This document shows positions 12,840 through 25,225 of a DNA stretch of 64,000 bases, one piece after another. The translations under genes and the position numbers were made by a program. Source of the stretch: Massalongia carnosa. Taxonomy: Eukaryota. The stretch lies in NCBI GenBank assembly GCA_965645245.1, contig OZ287082.1:1426001-1490000 (forward strand), given 5' to 3'. The notes beneath the pieces were generated by a model. That model ran no database searches and was not told the DNA's origin. It saw only the letters and a program-made list of their open reading frames with translations. Every line of letters begins with the position of its first letter. Within the stretch, counting starts at the first letter, position 1.

Positions 12840-14030
12840 CAGTCGAACCCCGCTACAACGATGGTGGCGTTTTACCAAAATAATCTCGTTATAACGGGTT
12901 TTTCGTTATATCGGGGGAGATAGGGTATATCATGGTAAATTTACTACTTTGCCCCCCTAAAAACCCCGAGTTCTCCCCCTTTGTCCCCAGCAACTACCCA
13001 AGTGCTTGGAGTGGCTTCCTTTTTGACTGTTTTGCCGTCTTTCAAACAGCCACCGTTCATGTCTTCGTAATTGACGAAGCATGTCCATATCGCCCTTCAA
13101 CTGCTGTTCTTCATGCAGTCTCAGAATCCTACAAGCCTCCTGTGCTTGACTCACCGTTATAACAGGTATAACATCCACCTCTTCATCCGTTTCAGCGAGC
13201 CTTTCCTGCTCCGCATATCGTGAAACGACATCATTTACAATGTCTTCATTCGTGTCCCCTATAGCCTCCTCGAACGGATTTATAAATTGATGAATGTTCA
13301 TCGGCTCTTCTATTCTACCCATCCATGACCTGCATCTGACGTATGTCATGTGTAATCTCTTCCAAAACAGTCTCGAACTCGATCCATTCCGAGGTTCTTG
13401 ATTGATTGAAGAATGCTGAACCCCAATCAATGACTCCTGATCTTCCCCCAGCAGTTCTGTATGATGAAAGGTTTGACGTCGTTTTCCTATGCTGAAATGC
13501 CCCATCGAATGACAGGAAGAACATTTATGAAGGCAGTCGGATTTTTTCCAGCATCGAAAAAACTTATCATAAACTTGACGAGTTGTTTTAGTACAAAGAC
13601 CTTCCAGTTTTGTATAATACCTTGATCCAGAGGTTGATGTAATGAGGTGGCATTTGCAGGTAGCCATGCAATGCGAATATTCTGCAAAAGACCTGTAGAA
13701 ATGAGTTTTAGAAATGATGTGATGATTAATTATAACACCTTGATTTATTTACCTTCGTCATCCAAAATTTTCACAGCCAATTCGTGAGCAATGAAATTAT
13801 CCATCAACAACAAAATCGATCGTTCATTTATATGACCATTTAACCAACGCAAATATACTCTCATGATGATGTTATTATTCCAGGCCTTGGGATTATACCT
13901 CCAAACAGCAACGATATTCTCCAGTTCATGAATTTTGGCATCCCGAAAACAATTTGGCCTTTTGGCCTTATCAATAAACCAGATGGTAATTCGCGGGCTC
14001 CATCGTGTCAGCTGAACATATATAATTTCT
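12840..14030 (-). mobile_element. Truncated pogo/Tigger-like (CENP-B/DDE_1) DNA transposon remnant
   Basis: TA followed by CAGTCGAACCCCGCTACAACGA terminus at 12840. Minus-strand fragments LLMDNFIAH and WLPANATSLHQPLDQGIIQNWK, with a GT-AG intron at 13693-13752. Frameshifted; second end not found. Confidence 0.75.
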
Positions 14031-14464
14031 ATCTATGTTTGGCAACTCTCCCCTCGCTGCTGCCCTGCTGGCGCTCAGTTTTGCTGAGGGCCCCTCCTAT
14101 AATGGCTTTGTTTTGGCAGCAGTGAGGGGAAAAACTCCAGCTACCTATGCGGCTGACTCAGGGAGTGGGTGGGTGGGCAAAAGACCTTTTGGTGCTGAAC
14201 TCCGAATCAATGGTGATGATGAGGAGAAGAGAGCCAAAAGGCCACCTATTTATGCCCTTTCTCTCCCCTCCTTGTCCAACTATTTGGAGATCATCCTCCT
14301 TCGGCCTTCGGCCTTCGTTGGCTATCCATGGCCTGCCTCCACTCGGTCCCAGCATTACCCTTTCCACTAAAGCACCACCGCATCATTTGAATTACTATCA
14401 CATTTACTATCACATTATTATATTATTATTATCAAATCAAAAAATCATTGCTATCTATATCTAC

Positions 14465-16498
14465 AATGGATTCTGTATCCTTACAAACACGTATTAGTGA
14501 TGCTAAAACATTTCTTGTTGGAAAATCCTGACGAACGAACTGCATGCGCAGCTCAGATATTCAAAATTCGACCTACAACGTTGTACAGCTCTATTACGAC
14601 TGGTAAGAAATCTTCTTTTTCTGATATGAAATCTTCTTCTAACAAGAAATCTTCTTCCAGTGCAAAAAGTGCAGAGGTGGACAAAACAGGATACTTGAGG
14701 AGCATCAAGTAAAAGCGATTCATCACTTTATTCGATCCTTACTTGCACAGGGTATTCATCCATCGCACGAAGTTGTATTCAATGCAATTGTCAGTTTAAA
14801 ACGCGGGCAAAATCCTGAGTCGAGTGGACCCACTCTACGCTGGTTCAGAACATGGTGGAAAAAGAATAACCTACACAAGATCAGACTAAGCCATTAGCAA
14901 TGATACGATTCACCGCTGCACAAGAGAAGGATATACAAGCATGGTTTGTAGATTATAGACAAGCTTTAAAGACGTTACAGATCAAAACAACGAAGAATAT
15001 TGTCAATTTCGATGAGGCAGGCTTTGGTGTTGGGTGTATGAAAGGGCATCAAATTCTGGCGCCCACAGACGTATTAGAAGTTAGATTCTATATTGTTATT
15101 CATTTATTCAGCAAGTTAAATATATATTTTAGTTCTATGCGATAAGTCCTTGAAATCGTAAATCTCTCACGATATTTGAATGCATCAATGCAGCGGGCGA
15201 CTATCCTCCACCACCTTTAATTCTTATACAAAGGACATGAAATCATGATGGACTGGTTTTCAAAAGAGCTGCCAAAGGGAACTCGAATTATACCTTTAGA
15301 AAACGGATTTACCTCTGACAAGATAGCACAGGTATTTCTTCCGCATTATATTGATCATTCAGACTCTGGACCAGAAGCAGACTGGAAAATAATGTTCCTG
15401 GATAATCATGGCAGTCATTGTACTCCTGAGTTCATAGCTCTTGCTAACATAAATCACATTCGTCCTTCACTTATACCGCATCTTACACACTGTATGCAGC
15501 GCTTGATGTTCGAGTATTTCAACCTTATAAACACTGGCATGATATGGCAATTCAAGATGCTCTACTGGAATTCAATGTGGAGTATACATTACAGCGATTT
15601 CTTGCGGATCTTACTAAGATACGTGATAATACTTTCAAGTAATGTACTATTCGAAGTGCTTTTGAGAAATCAGGAATGTGGCCTGTTAACGCTAAAAACT
15701 GCATTTCACTGCTTAAAACTTTCAAGCTGCCTGATGCTTAAGAAAAGCTACACAATAAAGAAAAAGAGCCTACTCTTCCAATCTTGCCTCATATTCAGCC
15801 AACATCCTCAATGGATGTTGAAATAGGACTTCAAACATGGCAGAAGAAAATTCAACAAGGAATGTTGTGGAGTGATCCGGCTCGCTCAGAACAATTTGAG
15901 TCGTTTGTTAATGATACAAAAACCGTTTGTACACAAGCTACGTTTAATGATATTCAATTATCTATATATCAGAAAAGAAGAGAAGATGGCTTAAAACAGA
16001 AATCTACCTCTCGTAAGCGATTACGAATCTTAGGTTCAGGATCAGGGCTTACTAAAGAGAATGCTGAGGAGATGATTGCAGCAAAGGAAAAACAAGCTAA
16101 AGAAACAGAAGCAAAGAAGCAGCATCAGACATGGATGAAGATTTGGCGTATGGAAAGAGACGCCAAATATGCCGAAGGAGTGATTGCGCGAAAGCAAGAA
16201 AGAAATCGTTTACGACAAATTAAAGAGCTTTCAAAACAAGATCATGCTATTTCCTCCGAGCATCTTATTCCTATTCCCGATCTCGAAGCAATTTGGAAGG
16301 CAACAGATGTTACTTGGCAAGAAGAAGAGAGAAAGAAAGCGAAAAAGACTAAATCTCAAGTATATAATGAAGATGAAGATGAAGATGAGGCGGAGACAAC
16401 ATTCATCACAGCTGTTACAGGTGAATCTTCTTTGCAAAGAGATTTTCTGCCGTTTGATGAAGACGATACTGATAGAGGCAACGAGTCTGACAATGATG
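14465..16498 (+). pseudogene. Fot1/pogo DDE transposase pseudogene with an intron
   Basis: ORF pieces 14497, 14900, 15245 and 15784 align with the transposase at 35617-37605. Several stops/frameshifts. Intron 15080-15132. The last codons (..NDVQQQLGYY*) continue after the LINE at ~21887-21912. Confidence 0.8.
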
Positions 16499-16755
16499 AT
16501 GATGATGATAAATTCTTACACCGATATGTCACCGGCCGAAGGCCGGCCCATGCGGGCGTGGTTCTATATGACTATTGTACATAGGAAAACCTTTTAAGGA
16601 ATAAAAACCTAGTAACCAAAATTATCGCCTGCGGGATCCCCATGACCCCTCAGTGTACCTAATAACGTGTATCTGTGAGATCCTTGAAAGAAAACGGAAA
16701 AGAACGAAAGAAAAGGGGAAGAAGTCAAACATTTCAAATGCTGTGTCGACGGGAA

Positions 16756-19700
16756 CTATCCGTACAGCATGGTCGCTGCAATTGAAAACTGTTTTAGTAT
16801 ATCTGCCCGCATTAACCATGCTGTCAGCTTTTTCAATTTTGCGGAATTTTCAATTATCGTGCGATAATTGTTAGTTTTCACTTGATTAAATAATTCATTT
16901 CTTCCGTCTATCAGCTGACAGTGCATGATGACGTGTTTGGCCGTCTGCCTTGGCCATCCACATATGCACGCCGGTGAGTTTACATTGGGTACGCTTCGGT
17001 TGAAAAGAAAGTTGGCTAGCCCGATTTTCTCCGTGCGACTTTGCGTTGCTAGTGAACTCTCCGCTTTTGATAAATTGCTGTGAATTTTTAATCTCTTTTT
17101 GTCAAGCGAAGCTTGTTGAGCCTCGGTGGGGAGTGGAATGCGATTTTGATAAGTCGCCCATGTTGACTTCCATATTTTCATATGATGCTCCATGAGCCGC
17201 GTATGATGTGCCCGTTGGGCCGTTCGCGCTTCTCTCAGCTCCTTGAGATATTCTGGACTGGCCTCGTACCACGGGGGCGCGGAAGGCGGTAATCTGACGG
17301 CGGCCTCTCCATTTAAAATTGCCTTGGCCCATGTGTGTTTCAGTTCTCCGGGTGTTGGCGGCGGAGTTTTTCTTCGACCCGCTCTTTCCCGTAGCTTATT
17401 AGCTATTATCTTGCATGCGGAGTTAGCGAGTGCTTTTTGCCCCGTGATTCGTAGTCGATATCTGGCTTTAGCCTGTAGTTGATCCAAATACACATCTATT
17501 GGGGCTATGTGTGTTTCTGCCTCCAGCACCGGTATCGGGGTAGCCTTGAACGCTCCGGCGACTGTGCGTAGGCATCTGTTCTGAATGACCAATTTGGACG
17601 TTATAGATTTATTTCTATTTACGTCTTTCGGGGTGTGCCAGACGATTGAACCATATGTCATGGCCGGCCGCACCACCGCCGTGTATACTTGCCTGGCCCT
17701 AGCGAACGAAGCTCCCCAGGTAGACGTGGAAATTTTTGTTAAGGCCATGCTCTGCTTGACCATCTTCTCCTGCATTTTCCGTATGTGAGCACCCCACTTA
17801 AGTTTGGTATCTATTTGAAGACCGAGTATTCTTATATCCGCTTTTGGTTTGATTAGGCTGTTTTCTATATTAATAGTAGCCGTCATATCAAATTTCTTTG
17901 GATTTCTAGATAAATGAATAAGCTCGTACTTAGTCGGAGCAAATAAGGATCCGTGCCGTAGAGCCCATCTTTCACATTCTCTGTGAATTCTTTCTAGCGT
18001 TCTGCAATTTTCTTGCGTGCTTTTCCCATATGCTAGTACATTGATGTCATCGACGAATCCGAGTCCGCTCGTTTTCGTGCCGGGCCTGTTACATATGTCT
18101 AGTAAATCCGCATTGTAGAACAAATACAGAATGGGAGAGATGGGTGAACCTTGCGGAATTCCGGTTCTCGCATCAAACTCGTCGGTGGTTCGTCGGTTGA
18201 TCGTAAGAGTGGTCCTTCTGTTTTTCAAAAAGCATTCTATCCAGTTGGTGACTCACTGTGGACTTTTTCTTCTTCGAAGATTGTGGATCAGTCTTTGATG
18301 CGAAACCGTGTCGTACGCGCCGGCCACGTCCATGCTGAGCAGCGTGGCAACTTTATCATTACCTTGACCCCACACTGTGTGAATCTGTTCGGTTAACAGC
18401 TCTAGTGCTGACTCGGTGGACCTTTCCCGTCTGGCTCCCATCTGGGTGCCTGGTAGTAACTCGTGCTTTTCGGCCATGTGAGTGATCTTGCTTGCCATGA
18501 TGGCTTCCATCACCTTGCCTAGCGTATTCAGCAGTGCTATCGGGCGATAGGCCTTCGGCGTTTCGTAATTGTCTTTGCCCGCCTTTTTCAGCGTTATCGT
18601 GTGCGCTGTTCTGAATGCTCGCGGGTGATATCCCAGATTTACGCACGCCTGAAATAGAGGAGTTAACAACTCGGTCAGCGTCTCAGAGCACGCTTTGAGA
18701 ACTCTATTGGGTATGCCATCCGGTCCAGGAGCCGTGTCGGGTTTGAGGCGTAGAATGTTCGTGAGCACCTCTTTCTTCGTTATGACTGTTGGGCACTCCG
18801 AGGCTGCCGGATAGACCGACCCGGGTATGTCCTGTAGATCTGCCGGAGGTGGAGCAGGAAAGAAGATGCCTTTCAGCATTTCAGCCTTCTCTTCGAAGGT
18901 GTTCGCGCTGTGATTGTTGAAAGTCAGTGTTGGCATTTTTGGTGTTTCGCGCGCCTTGTGACTCTTGTCCTTTGCCCATTTCGCCAGCCGCCATATGCCC
19001 TGAGATGATTCAGACGCTTTACTGATCTCGTTTCGGAATGACAATATTTTGGCTTTCTTGATTATCTTTTGCTTTTTGTCATTCGATTTCATATACGTTT
19101 TCCAGTCATTGATATTTCGAGAGGCTGTCCAAATTTTTCGAATTCTGCGTGTTTCTCTCATGGCGTTGTTGCAGTCCTCGTTCCAGAATGGTATTGCATA
19201 AGCACTAGGCCTTGCCCATGGAACGACCGCAGATATTATTTCATGTAAGAACTTTTGTATTTTATCCGTCTGTCGATCAATCTCCTCCACTGTGCGAGGA
19301 AGTGTTATCGGGGGAGCGTTGCATTCTGCTGTTCTCAACTTTTCCATGTTCAGCAGCTTCCAGGCTCTGCGTTTTGTCTGTGTTAGCGTCTCACTTTCCA
19401 AAGAGATGCGGGAGGATATCGGAATGTGATCGGATGACTGATTGAGTTCTGGTCTTGACATGCAGTGAATTAGCCTCTCTGTTAGGAATTCTGACATGAA
19501 AACCAAATCGATGGTGCTGAATGAGTTTCGGGCTTCCCATGTGACGGTTCCATTGGGCAGGGTTAGCGACAGATTGGCTTCATCGACTATATCTAGCAGC
19601 TGATCCGCGGCTGCGTGTTGCGTGGGTCTGGTGGCTCCATTCCAGAAAGGATGATGTAGATTAAAATCCCGAGTAAGATGTGATGAGCGTCGGCGGAGAG

Positions 19701-20114
19701 CTGGCGTTGAGCATCTGGGAGGGTGGAGGGGCTGTCTCTTGAAGAATATGAGGTGGGTGATGGATTATAGACGTTGTGAATGTGTATTTCCTTGTGGCTT
19801 CCGTCATTCTTGCGGGGGTGCAATATCAATGTGCATATGTCAGCGGTTGGAAATTCTACTTTCCAGCTTTCCGGATCTATTTTATCGTTGATGTAGAAGC
19901 ACACTCTCGTGTCACCTCCTGGCCGATAGAGTAGATGAAAGCCGCTTTGATGCGGGCTGAGCGTGGTCGCAGCGTGGGGGTTGCGCCACGGCTCCTGGAT
20001 TGCTATGATGTCGTAGTCCTGTATATTTGAATCCGCTAGCACTGGTATCATAGTACTTACGCGATCATTTCTGACATTGTACTGTAGGATGCTAATTGAT
20101 TTTTTGTCCTTCAT
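16756..20114 (-). pseudogene. LINE ORF2 (APE-RT-C-terminal zinc finger), disrupted
   Basis: QYNVRND/IQEPW endonuclease; APGPDG, YRPIALL, GIPQGSPISP and FVDD RT motifs; CICG..HVIMHC finger. Frameshift near 19670 and in-frame TGA at 18253-18255. Confidence 0.9.
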
Positions 20115-21775
20115 AAAGCTTCATCCATGTCTCTCGAGGGAGTCGTTTTCGATTGGGTAGGGATTTTTACTTCCAAGTGGGCCCCTTGCGGAGCGGTCGC
20201 GGTGGGATTGTGGGTGGGGGGCGGAGCAGTTAGGGTGACTGCTGGTTTGGATGGGAGAGGGATGGGAGGAGATAGGGTAGTAGGGGGGCAGGGGGCACTA
20301 TTGACAGCGTTAGGGGGTCTACCCAGAGTGGGCTTCGCCATCGCCCTTATTCTGTTTGCCGGGTTCATGATCTCGATGTCCTTCCATGTGATTCCGGTCT
20401 CGGCACCTGGTAGGCTCCTCGGCTGATTCGCCTGTGTGGCGGATTGGGTTATTGTGCGCGATATTTTCCTTTTTTTCCCATTAATAAGACTCCATGTGGT
20501 AGGTAAGTCTTCCGTCCGTAAGTCTAGGTCTACCGTTGTAGTCCCTGCCTCTGCTGGGGGGTTGCTGGCTCCGAAATTGAATGCTGGCGCCACCGCCAGC
20601 CCTTCAGCTTCGTATAGATGCGCTTTTCTTTTCCTTGCGTCGTTTACTTTCTTCTTCTCCTTCGTTCGAACCACACACACAGGGGACCACGCTGGGTGAC
20701 CAGGCTTCTCGCACGTGGCACACATGGGGTGGGCTCCGGTCGTCTCGGGATTGCACTCGTGCGTAGGATGTCCGCCGGCACAGCGCCCACAGGCCGTGGG
20801 GTGTTTACACCATTTGCTGATATGCCCATACTTATAGCAATTGAAGCATTGCACTAGTATGTTATTTTTGTGAAATCTTTCACAGTGCTTGATCTCGTAG
20901 TCTACGAGTAGACCTTCGTTGATGAGCCTGTTGGCCATCGGTGCAGTTTCAACTTCCATGTGCAGCGTAGAGTGCACTTTTCCTTCTCTGATGGCCTTGT
21001 TGGACCAAGCGACCTTTACGATCTTCAGTCCCGCATGCAGTCGGGCATTAACGGCATGTAGGTACTCAATGGCTCTCGTCTGATTGGTGACGTCGATGTG
21101 TTGCATCCTGACGCCACGTACCTGTATGGCAAAGGTACGCCTTTAAACCGCTGCCGATGCGGCTACTTCACGCACCCAGCCCGTATTGTCATACAGTGAC
21201 TTCTTAATCGCTGCCGTTTCGGTGTGTATCCTAATGTCTCCACTGTTGAGACGCGATACTCCTATTATTCCTGCATTTCTCTTCTGTAGCGCCTCCACCA
21301 AGTCCTTTGTGGACGTTTGCTTTATTCTTTCTCGGTCCTCGCTCTTCGTCACTCGTATGGTGAGTTCCCTTGCCCTTTTGATCATACTTGGTGTTTGTTC
21401 CTTCGCTTTCTGCGTCTTTACGTTGTTTAGAGTGCTTCGAACCGGCACAGATCCGCCCTCATTGAGGTGTCCCGCCGCGGCGACGGCGGCATAGTTTCTT
21501 GCTGTTGGGATCTCCTTTCTGCTTTCAATTCTCTGTAGAGTGCTTTTGATATCATTTAGAGCAGATACCACGTGTGTGGTGTCGTGCGATTTTTTGTCTA
21601 ATTGATTTTGTGCCTCCAGCACAATTTTCGATTCCTGCAAAATTTGCAACGCTACCGGGTCTCCTACGTTACCCACACGGTCAAGATACTCTTTGATTTT
21701 AATTACCAGAGACTCTTTCGCCTTTCTATGCTCACTTTCGCACTGTGCACTTCTTGGTACGAGATTTTCGTTCAT
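20111..21775 (-). pseudogene. LINE ORF1 gag-like, one premature stop
   Basis: ORFs 21143-21775 and 20111-21106 are in the same frame, separated by TAA at 21143-21145. Three CCHC knuckles; homologous to 1822-3309. Confidence 0.9.
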
Positions 21776-22050
21776 GGTCGCCAGGCTAAGAATCCAATAT
21801 AGTATTGAAATGTGAGGGATAAAACGAGTTCAATTTCAATAGCCTAGTTCTACACCAAAATCTTCAGACCGAGTCTGACAATGATGTACAACAACAATTA
21901 GGATATTACTAGGTTTCAGCTCTTTATTAAAGCGGCAATAGTAATTTAACGACATGATAATAAATAATAATGTGATAGTAAATTTAATAGTAATTTAAAT
22001 GATGCGGTGGTGGTTTAACGTTGCGAGCCTACGAAGTTTGCTTTCCCCGA

Positions 22051-23375
22051 CACGCGGGTGACAAAATAAATTGCAACGTGTAAGCGAATTTACCCCTGAA
22101 TGCCCCATCAAAACACACTCCTTTTTTCAACTTTTTATCTCATTATCAATGTCTCGACCCAAAAAGCCTCATTATGATACTCCCACAAAGGCCAAAGTTC
22201 AAGGAGCTTATCAATTTCTCATCTCACATGCAATTCCATTCGATCCACGGGCCATTTTTCAGGAATTTGGCGTGGCCGAGCGCGCGGGCTATAACATCAT
22301 CAAAAGCGGAGCTTCTTCTCGCACACGTCACAATTCTTCTCTCGTTGAGACTCGGGGTCGAAAGCGAAAGATTAGTGATGATCAGCTGAAGGAGGCAGAT
22401 CACATTCTGCAGGATCAAGATCTACAATTGGAAGGAAAACGCTACACATGGGATGCTTTAGCACAGGAGATTGGGGCCGACGTGATGGGACGTACAATGA
22501 AGAGAACTCTTACAGCTGCCTTGAATTATCACAAATGTCTAGCCTGTGTCAAAGGGTGGCTGGCAGTGGCATCAGAAGAAAGAAGAGAAGAATTGCTACA
22601 GTTATGTTAAATAAATATCCTCGGTCCGAAGACTGGCATCGCGTACGATTCAGCGATGAGATTCATTTTGGCTACGGGCCTGAAGGACAGTTACGAATCA
22701 TTCGTAAGCCCAGAACAAGATATCGTTAGGATTGTATTCAGCATCGTGATGCACCACCTGAGAAAGATCGTAAAAGAAAGCACTGCTAGGCAGCAGTTGG
22801 TTACAATTTCAAGTCGGATATCTACTTCTACGATGTGCCCAGCAATAGCAATGGAAAAATGACTCATCAGGTGTATATTGACGCTATTCTTGATCCCGTT
22901 GTCAAGCCCTGGTTGGAGCGTGGAGATGACTTCGTACTTGAAGAAGATGGAGACTCTGGTCATGGCACGGGCAAGACACGAAACGCGGTCAAAAAGTGGA
23001 AGTTAGATCACGATTTAGAGCACTATTTCAATTGTGCTTCATCTCCTGATCTAGCCTCCATTGAAAATTGCTGGCAGCCCGCAAAGCAGCATGTTCGTAA
23101 ATTTCCTCATTGGGACGATGCAAGTTTGGAGCAGCTGATTAGGGAGGGATGGGCTCGAGTCAGTCAGGAATTTATCAATGAAAGGGTGTTATCCATGCCC
23201 AAAAGATTGAAAGAGGTAAAAGATGCAAAGGGGGCGATGACTGGTTATTGATCTCATGTAATTTAGATGAATTTTATCAGCTATGCAGATGATGGTTTAT
23301 GATGAGATGAAAATTTGAATAGAAAAGGGGGGGTAAATTCGCTTACACGTTGCAATTTATTTTGTCACCCGCGTG
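22051..23375 (+). mobile_element. Tc1-like DNA transposon (DD38E), 46-bp perfect TIRs, atypical 5-bp TSD; transposase disrupted
   Basis: TIR CACGCGGGTGACAAAATAAATTGCAACGTGTAAGCGAATTTACCCC (22051-22096, inverted at 23330-23375), flanked by CCCGA on both sides. Transposase 22149-23251 has [15 protein letters not shown] and [11 protein letters not shown], with one frameshift and stops. Confidence 0.88.
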
Positions 23376-23901
23376 CCCGACTAGAAACGAATGCTTCTTG
23401 GAGGGGAGGATTAAGCGAGCCACTAGCCGACGATTAATTCCATGGAAGCATTCAGAGCCCAGCGAGAGTGTGCGTGTCGTACTCGTACTTGGAGTCGTTT
23501 CGTATTCTAAGGTATTTGTCAGGCCTTTTTCTAACTTTTGCTAAGCCGCAATAAAGATTTAATGCAGCCGGCATGCGTAGACGGGTGGCCTAAGTTGTGC
23601 TCTGCAGGTAGGTGGCACAAACTCTTCTTCCTCCTCTCTTTCCCTCTCTTTTCTCGTCTATTACCTGCAAGCTTCACCGCTTACGTGCAGCAACACAACA
23701 AGGCTCCTACGTTGCGCAATCCTCTGTCGGAGGGAGCAGCATTCCTACATCCCCACGGAAACCCAGTAAAAATTCCCAGTGCCAGCGTTCTCAGTATTAT
23801 TCATCTCCTCCCCCCGTAGACTCGTACGATACCCAACAAAGCAGATTTCGCACCTCATACTTCTTCCTGTCAGGTGGTTTTGCAACTGATCTCTCGCCAT
23901 C

Positions 23902-25225
23902 ATGTCGCCGAATGATAAAGTGGGCCGAATACACAAGCAGGACTTTATCGTATGTACACCGGTGTTCTATCAGATGTTTACTTACTATTGAAGAACTCAA
24001 TTGTTGTTCTATTCGGGATTTGCGTTATCAGCGCTAGTGCTCGCTTTTATATTCGCATTCGTGTGCAAAAGCAACTCTCTCTTGATGATGGTTTCTTGCT
24101 CTTTGGCATTGGCTGTTTCATCTGTGCATTGGCCATACTTTTCACTTACATCGACGACATGTATATGACCGCGGCGTTCCTGTTTCGTCTCAAAGACATG
24201 GAACTTTCACCGGACTTCATACAAAAGTCTTTCGATTACCAAAAAATGGCCGCCGTCAGCCTCATTTTAACGTGGTGTTCAATTGTCTCGGTCAAATTCA
24301 GCTTTCTTTTTCTTTTTAGGCGGCTGATAGACCGCATCCCCGTCATGGTCATGTATTGGTGGTTCGTCACCGTTTTTAACGTTGCGATATCAGGATACGG
24401 AGCCGTAGTGTATATTCTTGCATGCCCATATTTTTACTCCATGAAAGCTAGTATGTTTTGACTCAAGAATACTTGGATTATCCTTCCACCAACCACTAAT
24501 ATCATTCGTAGCGAAATGTTCTCAAGGATCTCACGTACAGTTAACGTTCAATTTTGCCATGTCGCAGATGGTTTTAGATATCGTAGGCGATTTACTAAGT
24601 AAGTATTGTTAGCCCAATATCTGAAGTTTCAAGAACATGTGAAACTAATAACTTAGTTATATATATTCCAATTCGACTGATCTGGAAAATTCAAATTCGA
24701 CTAACTCAGAAAATCGCTTTGGCGTTTTCTCTTTGCCTAACGGTAATTGTTATTGTTGTCACGGTAATTCGAGCCTCCGGATTGCGCTCAGGTGATAAGC
24801 TCGACTCGATCTGGGAGACATACTGGCAGTTTGTTTCGGCAGTTGTAGGACTTATCCTGGCTGCAATCACCGCATTTCGCTCCTTTTTTGTATCTCGCTC
24901 CAAGAAGAAAGGGGCTCAAGCATCACCTATACAGTGTGGGCAATGGTACAACCAAAGCAGGAAATTTGTTAAGCGCCTTTTGAGCACTCGGAAGTGGCGA
25001 TCTCACCCTATCGGAAGATCCAGCGAGCAGAATCCAGGTGACTCGGCGGAACTTCCTCAGATCCCGCATGGGACTTTGACCGGCATTCGAACCTTTATCA
25101 ATGGGCGGGGCAGTACCTGGATTAGTGATTCTCAAATGATGCAAAGCCGTACTATGGACAACCATGGGGACATCTGGCCATTGTCAAGCACTGAGTCAAA
25201 CTCGCGGATGATCAGTGCGGCGTGA
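23902..25225 (+). CDS. PTH11/SAT4-like rhodopsin-domain integral membrane protein, 4 exons
   Basis: Motifs ARFYIR..LSLDDGFL, VKFSFLFLFRRL, DIVGDLLIIYIPIRLIWKIQIRLTQKIAL. Introns 23950-23993, 24451-24511 and 24599-24656 give a continuous multi-TM reading frame. Confidence 0.85.

Larger units (their letters stand above)
16499..21869 (-). mobile_element. Full-length Tad1-like LINE (~5.4 kb)
   Basis: 17-bp TSD CGAGTCTGACAATGATG (16482-16498, 21870-21886); (TCA)n 3' tail; ORF1 and ORF2 with ATGA overlap at 20111-20114. Confidence 0.92.
14370..22015 (+). mobile_element. pogo/Fot1-type DNA transposon (degenerate) interrupted by a full-length LINE
   Basis: Imperfect ~60-bp TIRs AAGCACCACCGCATCATTT.. 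(14370) and ..AAATGATGCGGTGGTGGTT (22015), each flanked by TA. Transposase fragments NFDEAGF, LDNHGSH, PHLTHCMQ lie between. Confidence 0.85.

Noticed and set aside
14030..14369. Short ORFs between the Tigger-like remnant and the pogo TIR
   Set aside because: No recognisable motif, splice structure or repeat boundaries.
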